Virus record (IMG/VR): IMGVR_UViG_3300017765_000001
Location: 46,338-110,337 of that record
Reading direction: 5' to 3' (one strand)
Length of the DNA stretch: 64,000 bases
Origin: a virus
Below the pieces are notes generated by a model that made no database searches, had not been told where the DNA came from, and worked only from the letters and a program-made list of their open reading frames with translations. The translations under genes and the position numbers were made by a program. Positions 27,010-35,862 of the stretch are shown one piece after another. How positions within the stretch are numbered: position 1 is the first letter of the stretch; every line of letters starts with the position of its first letter.

Positions 27010-27556
27010 GAATCAATTCCTCACAAGAGGGCAAATCATTTGTTAATCTACCTGAATTTATTAATTCAATTGCCTCAAGTAGTTCTCTTGAATGTTCTAA
27101 TTCATCATTAAGAATCTCAAGAATTTTATCATCAGGACCATTCAAGGCAAGATACTTCCCATAAGTTTCTGCTGCATGAATCTCTACTTCGTAGGAGAGA
27201 TGGTAAGCAGAACGAGGAGCCACCCAATAATAAACCACATTCACCCAATAGTAGATAAGTACAAGGTGTCTGGCAAAAAAGCGATCAATCCAATAAGAAT
27301 TTCCACCACGACTTTCCATGTATTCTAGATGTTCTGTTTCGTTAAGAGTCTGAGCAAAATGTTCCTTCATCAAATAAATGTGTTCTGGACCTCGTAAACC
27401 CATGGATTCTCTCAAGTGCAACACACTTAAGAATGCAAAATATGGTGCTCTGGCAATCTCCTCAAGCACCCAGAATCTTTGATAGTCTCTTCCTGAATAG
27501 AGGAAGTCAATGATTGCTACAGTAATGTTTAAAGTAACTTCATTGAATTTTTTCAT
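26990..27556 (-). CDS. ptox: Plastoquinol terminal oxidase
   Basis: RFWVLEEIARAPYFAFLSVLH, NETEHL, EIHA..TY, DELEH di-iron ligands. Confidence 0.93.
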   Translation of the reverse strand: MKKFNEVTLNITVAIIDFLYSGRDYQRFWVLEEIARAPYFAFLSVLHLRESMGLRGPEHIYLMKEHFAQTLNETEHLEYMESRGGNSYWIDRFFARHLVLIYYWVNVVYYWVAPRSAYHLSYEVEIHAAETYGKYLALNGPDDKILEILNDELEHSRELLEAIELINSGRLTNDLPSCEELIHGTQNG

Positions 27557-27557
27557 T

Positions 27558-27881
27558 TTACTCTACGTGAATAGTACCTGTCATTCCAGCTCCCTGATGT
27601 GGTCCACAAAAAAAATCATAATCACCTGCGTCTGCAAATGTAATATCTTGTGATTCACCAGGTGAAAACATTAGTGCTTCTCTGGACAAGTCTGCACGAC
27701 CCCCAACAATAATATTGTGTGGCGGAAGCATCCCATTAACAAAGTGAACTGTGTCTCCTGCCTTTATTGTAATATCAGATGGATCAAAAATCAAGTTCCC
27801 ATTTGATCCCAATGTGACATCAACTGCCCATACTGGCGCAACAAAAAATAGTGTAGCCAGCAAAGCAAAAATAAACTTCAT
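27558..27881 (-). CDS. petE: Plastocyanin
   Basis: Signal peptide; PPHN; C.PHQGAGM copper ligands. Confidence 0.95.
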   Translation of the reverse strand: MKFIFALLATLFFVAPVWAVDVTLGSNGNLIFDPSDITIKAGDTVHFVNGMLPPHNIIVGGRADLSREALMFSPGESQDITFADAGDYDFFCGPHQGAGMTGTIHVE

Positions 27882-27945
27882 ATAAGTTTAGCAACTACAC
27901 TATCTAGGTGTTTATTCTTTTCTTAAAACTTTTTTTATTAGGATA

Positions 27946-28389
27946 TCATGACTCTTTTTTGGGATCAACTGCTGATGCCACAGGTGGTTCTCCAGCAATT
28001 TTAATTGGTCCTTGTTCAATCCTAATTGTTTGTGCTGGTGCAGTCTGAGCAGCAGCTGCTATCAGTCTTTCCAGATCTGCCTTACTTACTCCACCACCAC
28101 CTGAAGAACCATTTCCGTTCTTCTTAGCAGTCTGAACCCCAAAAGTAGCTAAAACCCCAGTGAAGACCGAGGCGATGAAAGTTGGGTCCAGTTTTTGTTC
28201 TGGGATTCCCAAAGCAGGGGGTAATTTGATGTACGCAAGTGTGAGAATTCCCCCACTCCAAATAAGAATACCAAGCCTAACAAAAGTAGAAAGAATCGCC
28301 AACTGTTCATCAGAGTCATCTAATTTATCCTTTAGTTTACTAATGGGACCTTTGGTCTTTGTGTCTTCCTTCTTTACTTCTGCAGGCAT
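27946..28389 (-). CDS. Conserved two-TM cyanophage protein
   Basis: STFVRLGILIWSGGILTL, DPTFIASVFTGVLATFGV; late promoter ATAAATA 28409-28415. Confidence 0.7.
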   Translation of the reverse strand: MPAEVKKEDTKTKGPISKLKDKLDDSDEQLAILSTFVRLGILIWSGGILTLAYIKLPPALGIPEQKLDPTFIASVFTGVLATFGVQTAKKNGNGSSGGGGVSKADLERLIAAAAQTAPAQTIRIEQGPIKIAGEPPVASAVDPKKES

Positions 28390-28545
28390 GGCACTAGAGT
28401 ATCTGGGTTATTTATTATGCACCCTCATAAACTGGAGACATAATTCCACCACCTGGACCATCATTATCATCATCAACATTATTTGTAAGTGCCCAGACAA
28501 CCCAGGCAAATATTAATCCTGATGATAGTGCTAACATATTCTCAA

Positions 28546-28653
28546 TCACCAGACACCTGGGATGATTTGTCCTGTAAAGGCATATGAACCAATTGCTGCT
28601 ACAACACCCAGCATGGCTGCCCAACCATTGATACGTTCTGCTTTTTCGTTCAT
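28546..28653 (-). CDS. hli: High-light-inducible protein (35 aa)
   Basis: MNEKAERINGWAAMLGVVAAIGSYAFTGQIIPGVW; not in the ORF track. Confidence 0.92.
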   Translation of the reverse strand: MNEKAERINGWAAMLGVVAAIGSYAFTGQIIPGVW

Positions 28654-28886
28654 TGTCCTGTCTCCTGTAGTGTAAGATAAAAGTTTTCGTTTGTGGGTCG
28701 TCTACCATCTAGTTCATAGATTGTAGAATCACCGTATGTTTTGTGATCTTTGTATCCAACCATTCTGCCCTTTGTATTTTGAAGGGCTGGCATGAATACA
28801 ATAAAAAAGAATACTCCTGGGGCACCAATCAAAAGGGCACCACCAATAATATAGTAAGTAAGAATTTCAAGAAGTGGTGATTGCAT
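28650..28886 (-). CDS. Small membrane protein
   Basis: Hydrophobic N-half; FMPALQNTKGRMVGYKDHK. Confidence 0.6.
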   Translation of the reverse strand: MQSPLLEILTYYIIGGALLIGAPGVFFFIVFMPALQNTKGRMVGYKDHKTYGDSTIYELDGRRPTNENFYLTLQETGQ

Positions 28887-28888
28887 AA

Positions 28889-29107
28889 TTAAACTGTGAA
28901 GTGCTTGGAAATAACTTGGATACGTTCTTCTTCTTTTGCAATTAGGTCAATCTGCTCTTGAATAGCACCTAATACATCTGAATGCTCACCAATGCCAACA
29001 GGACTATGAAGGTAGATTTCTACATTCATCTTTGCCCTTTGGATGTTGCCCTTTGATTGTTCAATCAGAGCAGTGGTGATATCATCTTTGAGTGAATGGC
29101 AAGACAT
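28889..29107 (-). CDS. Conserved phage hypothetical protein
   Basis: NVEIYLHSPVGIGEHSDV. Confidence 0.7.
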   Translation of the reverse strand: MSCHSLKDDITTALIEQSKGNIQRAKMNVEIYLHSPVGIGEHSDVLGAIQEQIDLIAKEEERIQVISKHFTV

Positions 29108-29193
29108 CAGTATGTTTCAGATAACTGTTCTACAGAATAACCCAAAAGCACAAAAAAAGCAATACTTGTGACAGTAAAGATTGTTTCTACCAT
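29107..29193 (-). CDS. 28-aa TM micro-protein
   Basis: MVETIFTVTSIAFFVLLGYSVEQLSETY; TGATG coupling on both sides. Confidence 0.55.
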   Translation of the reverse strand: MVETIFTVTSIAFFVLLGYSVEQLSETY

Positions 29194-29402
29194 CAGATCA
29201 AACCAAAGAAAAGATTTCCAGTCAGTGAATAGGAAAAGATAGCAAAAAAGAATCCTACCATGGCAGTTCTGCCATTGAGTTTCTCTGCACGCTCTGCATA
29301 TGTTTCATAACCATAACGCTCAGCATCTGATTTTGAAACATACATTTGTGGTTCCTTAGCAAAAAGATTTTGCTGACCATGCTCATTAGTTGTTACAGTC
29401 AT
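29193..29402 (-). CDS. hli: High-light-inducible protein
   Basis: QNLFAKEP...AEKLNGRTAMVGF chlorophyll-binding motif. Confidence 0.92.
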   Translation of the reverse strand: MTVTTNEHGQQNLFAKEPQMYVSKSDAERYGYETYAERAEKLNGRTAMVGFFFAIFSYSLTGNLFFGLI

Positions 29403-29428
29403 TTACCAATTGTAATGAATCTTTACAT

Positions 29429-29463
29429 ATTATATATAAAAAAAATCCCCCTGTCAAGGGGGA
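29429..29463 (-). promoter_or_regulatory. Terminator hairpin fused with consensus sigma70 promoter for hli
   Basis: TCCCCCT-TGAC-AGGGGGA plus T-tract; TTGACA(29452-29457)-N17-TATAAT(29429-29434). Confidence 0.8.
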
Positions 29464-29480
29464 GGTGTAGTAATTTATAC

Positions 29481-29669
29481 TTAGTAGTCTTCTCCTTCAA
29501 GGATATCCTGACATTTCTCAGGGTTCTTTTCACAAAATTGTCTCACATAACCATGAACATCTTCATCCATGCGATGATGATAGTTGTTGTGCATAACACC
29601 AACAAAAATAAGAAATCCAATAATTAAAAGATTGAAATAAGTTACTGGAGAGGTTAAAATTCTTTTCAT
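29481..29669 (-). CDS. Small membrane protein
   Basis: TM helix; MEEDVHGYV-like segment, FCEKNPEKC. Confidence 0.55.
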   Translation of the reverse strand: MKRILTSPVTYFNLLIIGFLIFVGVMHNNYHHRMDEDVHGYVRQFCEKNPEKCQDILEGEDY

Positions 29670-29694
29670 AAAAAAAAGGGGTCCGCAGACCCCT
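29670..29694 (-). terminator. Intrinsic terminator
   Basis: AGGGGTC-TGCG-GACCCCT plus T-tract. Confidence 0.8.
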
Positions 29695-29718
29695 ATATTA
29701 TAGCAGATATTTCAACTA

Positions 29719-30099
29719 TCAGAAGGCATATTTCACACCAACTTTAGCACCCCAATCAATGATCTCATCACCATCAGAGTCCTCACCAGCAGTCATTCCT
29801 GCAATTTCACCATAGATGCCCAGATCCTCTGTGGCAGCATAGGACAGACCAACCTTACCTGAGAGTTCAGTCTCAGTGTCATCAGCAACTTCACTGTGGA
29901 CAAAGGCAGGACCACCTTGGACATAGTATCCAACCTTACCTGAACCACCTTCAACACCTACATGAAGATCGGTAACTGCTGAAGTATACTCTCCATCAGG
30001 ATATGAAGCATTGGCCTCTACATTGACGTAGGGTCCTGCAAGGGCAGCACCAGCGAAAAGAGGAGCAGCAGCAAGAGCTGCGATTACAGATTTAAACAT
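29719..30099 (-). CDS. Small outer-membrane beta-barrel protein, picocyanobacterial type
   Basis: Signal peptide; AGPYVNVEAN; alternating strands; C-terminal GAKVGVKYAF BAM-type signal; AAGG SD. Confidence 0.8.
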   Translation of the reverse strand: MFKSVIAALAAAPLFAGAALAGPYVNVEANASYPDGEYTSAVTDLHVGVEGGSGKVGYYVQGGPAFVHSEVADDTETELSGKVGLSYAATEDLGIYGEIAGMTAGEDSDGDEIIDWGAKVGVKYAF

Positions 30100-30185
30100 T
30101 TTTTTTACCTTAGTTACTTGCGGAATGATTACCCGCAGATGGAAGAACCTCGACATGGTTCTGTTTAGAAATTTTGGATTGAATA

Positions 30186-30274
30186 GAAACTTGCTCTAGT
30201 AATTGAGGAGGTTATTTCTTTGTTAATCTACCAAAATTGAAAGACTTACTCAAGTAATTGCGGAGTTTGTCTTT
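30186..30274 (-). ncRNA. Two related hairpins with CAAUUACU loop (possible abiF-like RNA)
   Basis: AAGAC-AA-ACTC-CGCAATTACTT-GAGT-AA-GTCTT and GAAAT-AA-CCTC-CTCAATTACTA-GAGC-AA-GTTTC; CTAAATA late promoter at 30304-30310. Confidence 0.5.
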
Positions 30275-30333
30275 GGACACATATAGATTTCTTTACTTTT
30301 GTTTATTTAGTATAGATACCTACCATAATTTTG

Positions 30334-31155
30334 TCAAGACTTTGGTGTATTATCACTACTATGTGAGGGTTCCACCACTCTTCCTAGGTAGGGATCAAAA
30401 TCCATAAGATCCTGGATCTTCATTTGAGCACCTTGTTGTGACCAATAACCAAACTGAGCATTATAATTTCCCTTATGAAAAACATCAATGTGCTCTGGAT
30501 GAATACTAGATCCTAACTCAATTTTGTATAAGAGAAGAGGAATAGAATAAGTATTTCCAGAATTGTAAATCAAATCATCAGCTACTGGTCTTGGTTTGAC
30601 ACCATTATCTAGTTTGTATTTGTCACCTTTACAGTGCAATCTAATGAGTTTTTCAGCATGATGTCTGTTAATAATATAACAGGCAGTAGAAAACTCATTT
30701 ACAAATCTCTTGTGAATCTTGATATGGACATCACCAGTGCAGATAATTGCTATCTGAACAACATCCCAATCATATGGAAGTTTACAATAGAAATCCCTCC
30801 AAGTAAAGTTCCAGTACTTAACAAGGTCCAGACTGCAGTCATCCTCCATGAAGATAGCATAAGGAGAGTCAGAGGTTTCATACCAGTGCTTAATAGCTTT
30901 GAGATGTGATGTAACACATCCAATCTCACCAGAGGACATCATCTCTGGATATCTACCTTTGATGATATGACTCAGATCATCATCTCTACCATCATACCCA
31001 GAGATACGTGTGTAATTCTCAATCTCCCAATACTTGAATTGTTCCTCCATGTATTCCCATCTCTCTGGTTGTCCATCAAGATTAGTAACATAGATGGGTC
31101 CAATGCCACTGAGTTTAAATGCTGATTTATTTTTATCTACCACTGATTCTGTCAT
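30334..31155 (-). CDS. Glycosyltransferase family 25
   Basis: IYVTNLD...R, SGYDG, GEIGCVTSH, MEDD, STACYII. Confidence 0.85.
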   Translation of the reverse strand: MTESVVDKNKSAFKLSGIGPIYVTNLDGQPERWEYMEEQFKYWEIENYTRISGYDGRDDDLSHIIKGRYPEMMSSGEIGCVTSHLKAIKHWYETSDSPYAIFMEDDCSLDLVKYWNFTWRDFYCKLPYDWDVVQIAIICTGDVHIKIHKRFVNEFSTACYIINRHHAEKLIRLHCKGDKYKLDNGVKPRPVADDLIYNSGNTYSIPLLLYKIELGSSIHPEHIDVFHKGNYNAQFGYWSQQGAQMKIQDLMDFDPYLGRVVEPSHSSDNTPKS

Positions 31156-31946
31156 ATCACCTCCCAATGATCTGGATACAAGTCTTTAGTATTTAAGTGT
31201 GCATTATTAGGACCAAACCATTTCTTTGGTGCGATCACTCTTCCTCTGTTTGCTAACCATGCTCCCCACCAACTGAATGAACTGTTGGCTATAATAAAAT
31301 CATTACACTGTGTCATCATGTATAGGTCATGATATGAATCTGCCTGTTCTGAAATAATAAAACTATCTTCAGAGAATAGATCTTGTTCCATACACCAGGC
31401 AGGATCATCACTGAAGATAATAACTTGTCTACCTTTCTCAAATTTACTGAGTGCATCAGCATAGTATTCAAGACTTTGGTTATGATGATTTCCAGAGTTT
31501 GTGAGAAAATCACCTCTTCTGATGTGAAGGGAAATAGGATTATCAAAGTAATTATCAATGATATTCTTACATTCGTCAACTATGTGTTGTTTGAATGTAA
31601 ACTCTTTTCTGACTTTATCTTGGATATGAATAAAGTATTTTTCTGTTTGATAGAATCCATGGAGTGTGAAATCATCATTTTTGATATCAAAAACACTATC
31701 ATCAAATTCAAATCCAGATTGTTGATATACCTTTCCACTGTTGATGAAACCAATGTTAGGTTTGATATTGAAACAATCAAAGAGTTCTATGTGTAGTTTG
31801 TTTCCAATACCATCATCAAAGATCTCATCATGTTTGGGTATCTTAAATCCCACTCCAATTTTATCTGCTATACCCATGGTAGCAGCATATTGAAACATTT
31901 GGTTTCCCAACTGTCCCAACTTTCCAAGGTAATCAAATCCTATCAT
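31152..31946 (-). CDS. GT11 alpha-1,2-fucosyltransferase-like
   Basis: GQLGNQMFQYA, GFYQTEKYF, LHIRRGDF, IFSDD, ANSSFSWWGAWL. Confidence 0.9.
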   Translation of the reverse strand: MIGFDYLGKLGQLGNQMFQYAATMGIADKIGVGFKIPKHDEIFDDGIGNKLHIELFDCFNIKPNIGFINSGKVYQQSGFEFDDSVFDIKNDDFTLHGFYQTEKYFIHIQDKVRKEFTFKQHIVDECKNIIDNYFDNPISLHIRRGDFLTNSGNHHNQSLEYYADALSKFEKGRQVIIFSDDPAWCMEQDLFSEDSFIISEQADSYHDLYMMTQCNDFIIANSSFSWWGAWLANRGRVIAPKKWFGPNNAHLNTKDLYPDHWEVI

Positions 31947-32839
31947 TGTTTCTTAATCCAATCAAGAACATCAATCTCAGGCATCCACCCCAAGACATTT
32001 GCTATCTTACTTATGTTAGCAAATGTCATATCCATTTCACCTGACCTTTTAGGAATGTATGTTTGATTATCAGAAATTGCATCAGCAATACTTTGAACAG
32101 AGACACACTTACCACTACCCACATTGAATACCTCACCAGCATGTCCTTTGAGTGGCATGGTAGATGCAAGATAGTTTGCCCTTGCTACATCCTTGACATG
32201 AATAAAATCCCTCTTCTGTGATCCATCTCCAACAATGGTCAGTGGTTCACCAGCATCTTTCTGTCTCTGGAAAATACCTATCACAGGAGCATATTGACCC
32301 CTTGTGGGGGATCTATCGCCATACACATTGAAGTATCTCAGAACAACTGTCTCAAGACCATAGAGGTTGGTGTACATCTTACAAAACTTCTCTGCTGCTA
32401 TCTTTGATGCAGAGTAAGGATTCAAGCAATCATCAGGTTGAGTTTCAACATTGGGAACAGAATTATTTCCATAACCAGATGAAGTGGAGGAGTAGATAAA
32501 TCTTTCAACACCTGCCTCTCTTGCACACTGAAGAACAGTGGCTGTGCCTACACAGTTCCTGTGTACTGCTTGAATGGGATTTTCAATTGCTGGTTGAAGT
32601 CTTGACTCTGCAGCAAGGTGATATACATGCTTTACATTCATAAAGCAATTTCTTAACTCTTTATAGTTGCATATATCAACCTTAATATTAATTACCCTAT
32701 CACTATCACTCCAATAAAACTTATCATTATTAGCACTTTCATTGTCAACACAAATTACTCTCTCTCCTTTACTGATTAAATAATCTACAAGGTTAGATCC
32801 AATAAATCCAGATCCACCAGTAACAAGGCTATACATCAC
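31943..32839 (-). CDS. NAD-dependent sugar epimerase/dehydratase
   Basis: TGGSGFIGS, YSASK, LRYFNVYG, RDFIHV.DV. Confidence 0.92.
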   Translation of the reverse strand: MMYSLVTGGSGFIGSNLVDYLISKGERVICVDNESANNDKFYWSDSDRVINIKVDICNYKELRNCFMNVKHVYHLAAESRLQPAIENPIQAVHRNCVGTATVLQCAREAGVERFIYSSTSSGYGNNSVPNVETQPDDCLNPYSASKIAAEKFCKMYTNLYGLETVVLRYFNVYGDRSPTRGQYAPVIGIFQRQKDAGEPLTIVGDGSQKRDFIHVKDVARANYLASTMPLKGHAGEVFNVGSGKCVSVQSIADAISDNQTYIPKRSGEMDMTFANISKIANVLGWMPEIDVLDWIKKQ

Positions 32840-33690
32840 TTGATACCTCTCTTTTCCTTCATATCATTAAACACCTTAGCAATACCTTCGTCAATGGTGG
32901 TCTTGGGAAGCCACCATCCAAGAATATAATTATCAGCTTCATTTCTCTTGTCCAGTTGCACACTATCTTTAGCAATCCCTGGTATGATTTTAATTGGTTT
33001 ACTAATCAAATTAAACTGACCTTGAATAATATCTGCAATTTGTCTGATACTATTGTTGTGGAATGATGTGATATGCAGTGGGTCATCTGATTTAAAATCT
33101 GTATAACAATTCATCACAGTTTCAAGTGCCTCACAGCAATCCTCTGCATATAGGAATTGCCTTTCTTCTGTTCCATCTGTCATCATCTCAAATTCACCTT
33201 CATCAAATCCTTTATTGATAAAGTCAGTAATGACATGAGCTTTGTCCATATCATTCTCAATACCATAGACATTCCAGAACTTCACAATCAGTCCTTTCAG
33301 TGCCTTGGTGTAGAGTTCTCCAACTCTCTTGGCAACACCATAAGGGGAGTAACTCATGTTACTCATCTGGGATGATGCGAACACAAATCTCTTGTTGTAC
33401 TTCTCAAGGAGACCAAACACACTTGCCATCATCCGTGTGTTGTTATCAATGAACTTGAAGGTATGTTGATACTTCTTCAGGTATCTTGATCCACCCACAT
33501 CAAAGGCAAGGAAGAACACAAAGTCTGATTCTTTGATCAGGTGTTCAAGAGCAAGGTTTGGAATTTGTGTGAGGTCTTGAGTAGGGACACTTGCAATGTC
33601 ATACTCAAATACATGATGTCCCTTATTACTAAGATACTCAGTCAAGTAAGCACCAATCTGACCAGCAGATCCTAAAATTGTAATCTTCAT
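32836..33690 (-). CDS. NAD-dependent epimerase/reductase (extended SDR)
   Basis: GSAGQIG, YGVAK, WNVYG, RQFLYAED. Confidence 0.85.
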   Translation of the reverse strand: MKITILGSAGQIGAYLTEYLSNKGHHVFEYDIASVPTQDLTQIPNLALEHLIKESDFVFFLAFDVGGSRYLKKYQHTFKFIDNNTRMMASVFGLLEKYNKRFVFASSQMSNMSYSPYGVAKRVGELYTKALKGLIVKFWNVYGIENDMDKAHVITDFINKGFDEGEFEMMTDGTEERQFLYAEDCCEALETVMNCYTDFKSDDPLHITSFHNNSIRQIADIIQGQFNLISKPIKIIPGIAKDSVQLDKRNEADNYILGWWLPKTTIDEGIAKVFNDMKEKRGIK

Positions 33691-34415
33691 AATGCCTCAA
33701 CGATTGAATTGTAAATCTCTTTCTTTAGTTTAGTGGTTGAATAACCATGATCCTGGCGTTTAATCCAAACTATATCTATGTCAATATCTTTACCAGTGTA
33801 AGATCCATCTTCATAATCATCACCAAGGAATCTTACATCATAATCTGAGAGATAAGAAAGAAAAGTATCCTCTGCTTGATAGACTACAACATCATCAATA
33901 TACCTTATTGATTTCAGTATTTCTTTTCTATCCTCAAGAGACTGTACAGGTATCATTTTGTGTGGACGTCCCATATTAGGATTCTCATGCAGTGCAACAG
34001 TCAGATGATTACAGTAATCCTTTGCCTCTTTGAACATCCTAATATATCCAGGGTGAATAATGTCAAATGCTCCAGCCACAATACCTTTTCTTAGTGGCAT
34101 TCTTTTTTTCCATTCTTCTACACTGATACCCTTGTCATCAATAAACAAATCAGCAGTTGGTTTATGAAACATAGGTTCAAGTTCATGATACTTGTATCCC
34201 CACATTGCCAATTGATTTCTAGTAAGGTCTGAGTGATCAATACCAGAACCTCTACCTCTTGCTGTCATGAAGATAATGTGATGTCCCTCATCATATAGAC
34301 GATTGACATGCTCCACCATCCAGGTGAATGGCAGAGCATTATAGTAATCTGGTTTTCCTAGAGAATTATTAGGAGTATGACAGAGTGTGCCATCAATATC
34401 AAAACAATATCTCAT
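33687..34415 (-). CDS. HAD phosphatase fused to a cytidylyltransferase-family nucleotidyltransferase
   Basis: N-half FDIDGT..TARG..KP..FIDDK; C-half GAFDIIHPGY..LGDDY..GYSTT. Confidence 0.85.
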   Translation of the reverse strand: MRYCFDIDGTLCHTPNNSLGKPDYYNALPFTWMVEHVNRLYDEGHHIIFMTARGRGSGIDHSDLTRNQLAMWGYKYHELEPMFHKPTADLFIDDKGISVEEWKKRMPLRKGIVAGAFDIIHPGYIRMFKEAKDYCNHLTVALHENPNMGRPHKMIPVQSLEDRKEILKSIRYIDDVVVYQAEDTFLSYLSDYDVRFLGDDYEDGSYTGKDIDIDIVWIKRQDHGYSTTKLKKEIYNSIVEAL

Positions 34416-34924
34416 ACAACACCATGTAAGAATATCTGGTGTACGCATTCTACCACACCATATGACCTGCTGGCAATATAATAATTCCAGAGTGCATTAG
34501 TAGCTTCATTTCTAATAGTATTGTCAGGACTAAATCCAGTTAACACACCATAGGGGATCTGATTGTCTTCACACCAGTCCACACATTTCAGCATGTTCTT
34601 TGACTCACCCCCTGAGCTCATGATTACAACTAGAGTATCATCCTCAACATAATACTCCAGAAATTTCTTGTATGCATAATCATAACCAAAATCATTTGTG
34701 AGCATGGTAATCATTGAAGGATCAGAGAGGATAGACACCTTCTTACTATGAAACTTCATGTAATCTTGAGAGATATGAGAAGCAACTGAATTGCTTCCAC
34801 CATTACCTAGAATAATGATTCTATTGTAGTTCTCAAATGCTTTTTGATACTTCTCAAACTCACTTTCAGTATGAGCATTTTGTAAAGCATCAACATACTC
34901 GCTAAATGGATTGTTTATAGACAT
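34412..34924 (-). CDS. SIS-domain phosphoheptose isomerase (GmhA-like)
   Basis: GNGGS, NDFGY, SSGGESKN, TGF, VECVH. Confidence 0.85.
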   Translation of the reverse strand: MSINNPFSEYVDALQNAHTESEFEKYQKAFENYNRIIILGNGGSNSVASHISQDYMKFHSKKVSILSDPSMITMLTNDFGYDYAYKKFLEYYVEDDTLVVIMSSGGESKNMLKCVDWCEDNQIPYGVLTGFSPDNTIRNEATNALWNYYIASRSYGVVECVHQIFLHGVV

Positions 34925-35862
34925 TTACCTTTCACTCCATTGGGTGATACATTTATTTTAACAGAATCATATGGTATATTCAAGTCATTCTTTTTAGAAA
35001 AGACCAAGAAGAATCCACCATTACCCGCCCCACATAATTTATGTGCGATGACAGTGTCACTTTCTTCAAGAGTTTTATCCATAGTTCTGATGATCTTATT
35101 TTCTGTAATATGAGATGTTGTTTTTTTCTTCTGATCCCAACTCAGATTTAATAATTCTAAAAACTCAGGATAGTTTTCATCCAGTAGTGCATCATATGCT
35201 TTCTCCACTGTCCCAATTAGAGGAACTGCCTTATCAAGATTATCTGTCACACTTTTAAGAACGCCTCTTGAATTTCTGGTGACTCCAGTAAACACAAGTG
35301 CCATATCATAATACTTGAATAAGTCAGTAGATAGAAAATCATACTTAACTATCCCACCCCTGTAGAAATCAATCTTCTTGAAACCACCAATACCACATCC
35401 ATATGGATCTTGATATCCACAATATGGATTCATCTTCAATTCAAGTTTGTATGCCAACTTGCATATCTCCACATCAGTCATGCTCAAACCATTGAACATG
35501 GATATGGCTTTAATCAAACTAATAATGTAGGATGAAGAGGATGCAAGTCCACTTCCCTGAGAATATGCATCACTAGTCATTGAGATATTCATTGGATTAC
35601 AATTAAAGTGGTCCAATACAACCCTTACAAGTTCATTCTTGATATCTTGAATGTGTTGTACCTCCTCTCTCTTTGAATAGTTGATAATATACTTACTTGA
35701 TTCAGCATTATATCCCAACTGATCCTGATGAAGAGTAATGTAAGTCTTCAAGTTTGATGTAAAACTAATGACAGATCCTTGTCCATACTTCTCAACAAAG
35801 AATGGATTATCAGTGGATCCACCAAACAAAGACACTCTAAGTGGGCAACTAGATATTAGCAT
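34915..35862 (-). CDS. GHMP sugar kinase, HddA-like heptose-7-phosphate kinase
   Basis: PLRVSLFGGSTD, GSGLASSS, GYQD.Y..GG, FTGVTR, KLCGAGNGGF. Confidence 0.85.
   Translation of the reverse strand: MLISSCPLRVSLFGGSTDNPFFVEKYGQGSVISFTSNLKTYITLHQDQLGYNAESSKYIINYSKREEVQHIQDIKNELVRVVLDHFNCNPMNISMTSDAYSQGSGLASSSSYIISLIKAISMFNGLSMTDVEICKLAYKLELKMNPYCGYQDPYGCGIGGFKKIDFYRGGIVKYDFLSTDLFKYYDMALVFTGVTRNSRGVLKSVTDNLDKAVPLIGTVEKAYDALLDENYPEFLELLNLSWDQKKKTTSHITENKIIRTMDKTLEESDTVIAHKLCGAGNGGFFLVFSKKNDLNIPYDSVKINVSPNGVKGKCL

Noticed and set aside
26990-27060. PTOX C-terminal extension as a new domain
   Set aside because: Only about 20 aa overlapping the next gene; consistent with stop-codon drift
29411-29427. 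NtcA box at the hli promoter
   Set aside because: Spacing is GTA-N9-TAC, not N8; may be another operator but unsupported
30186-30274. Mini CRISPR array
   Set aside because: Only two degenerate units about 21 nt apart and no cas genes; treated as structured RNA
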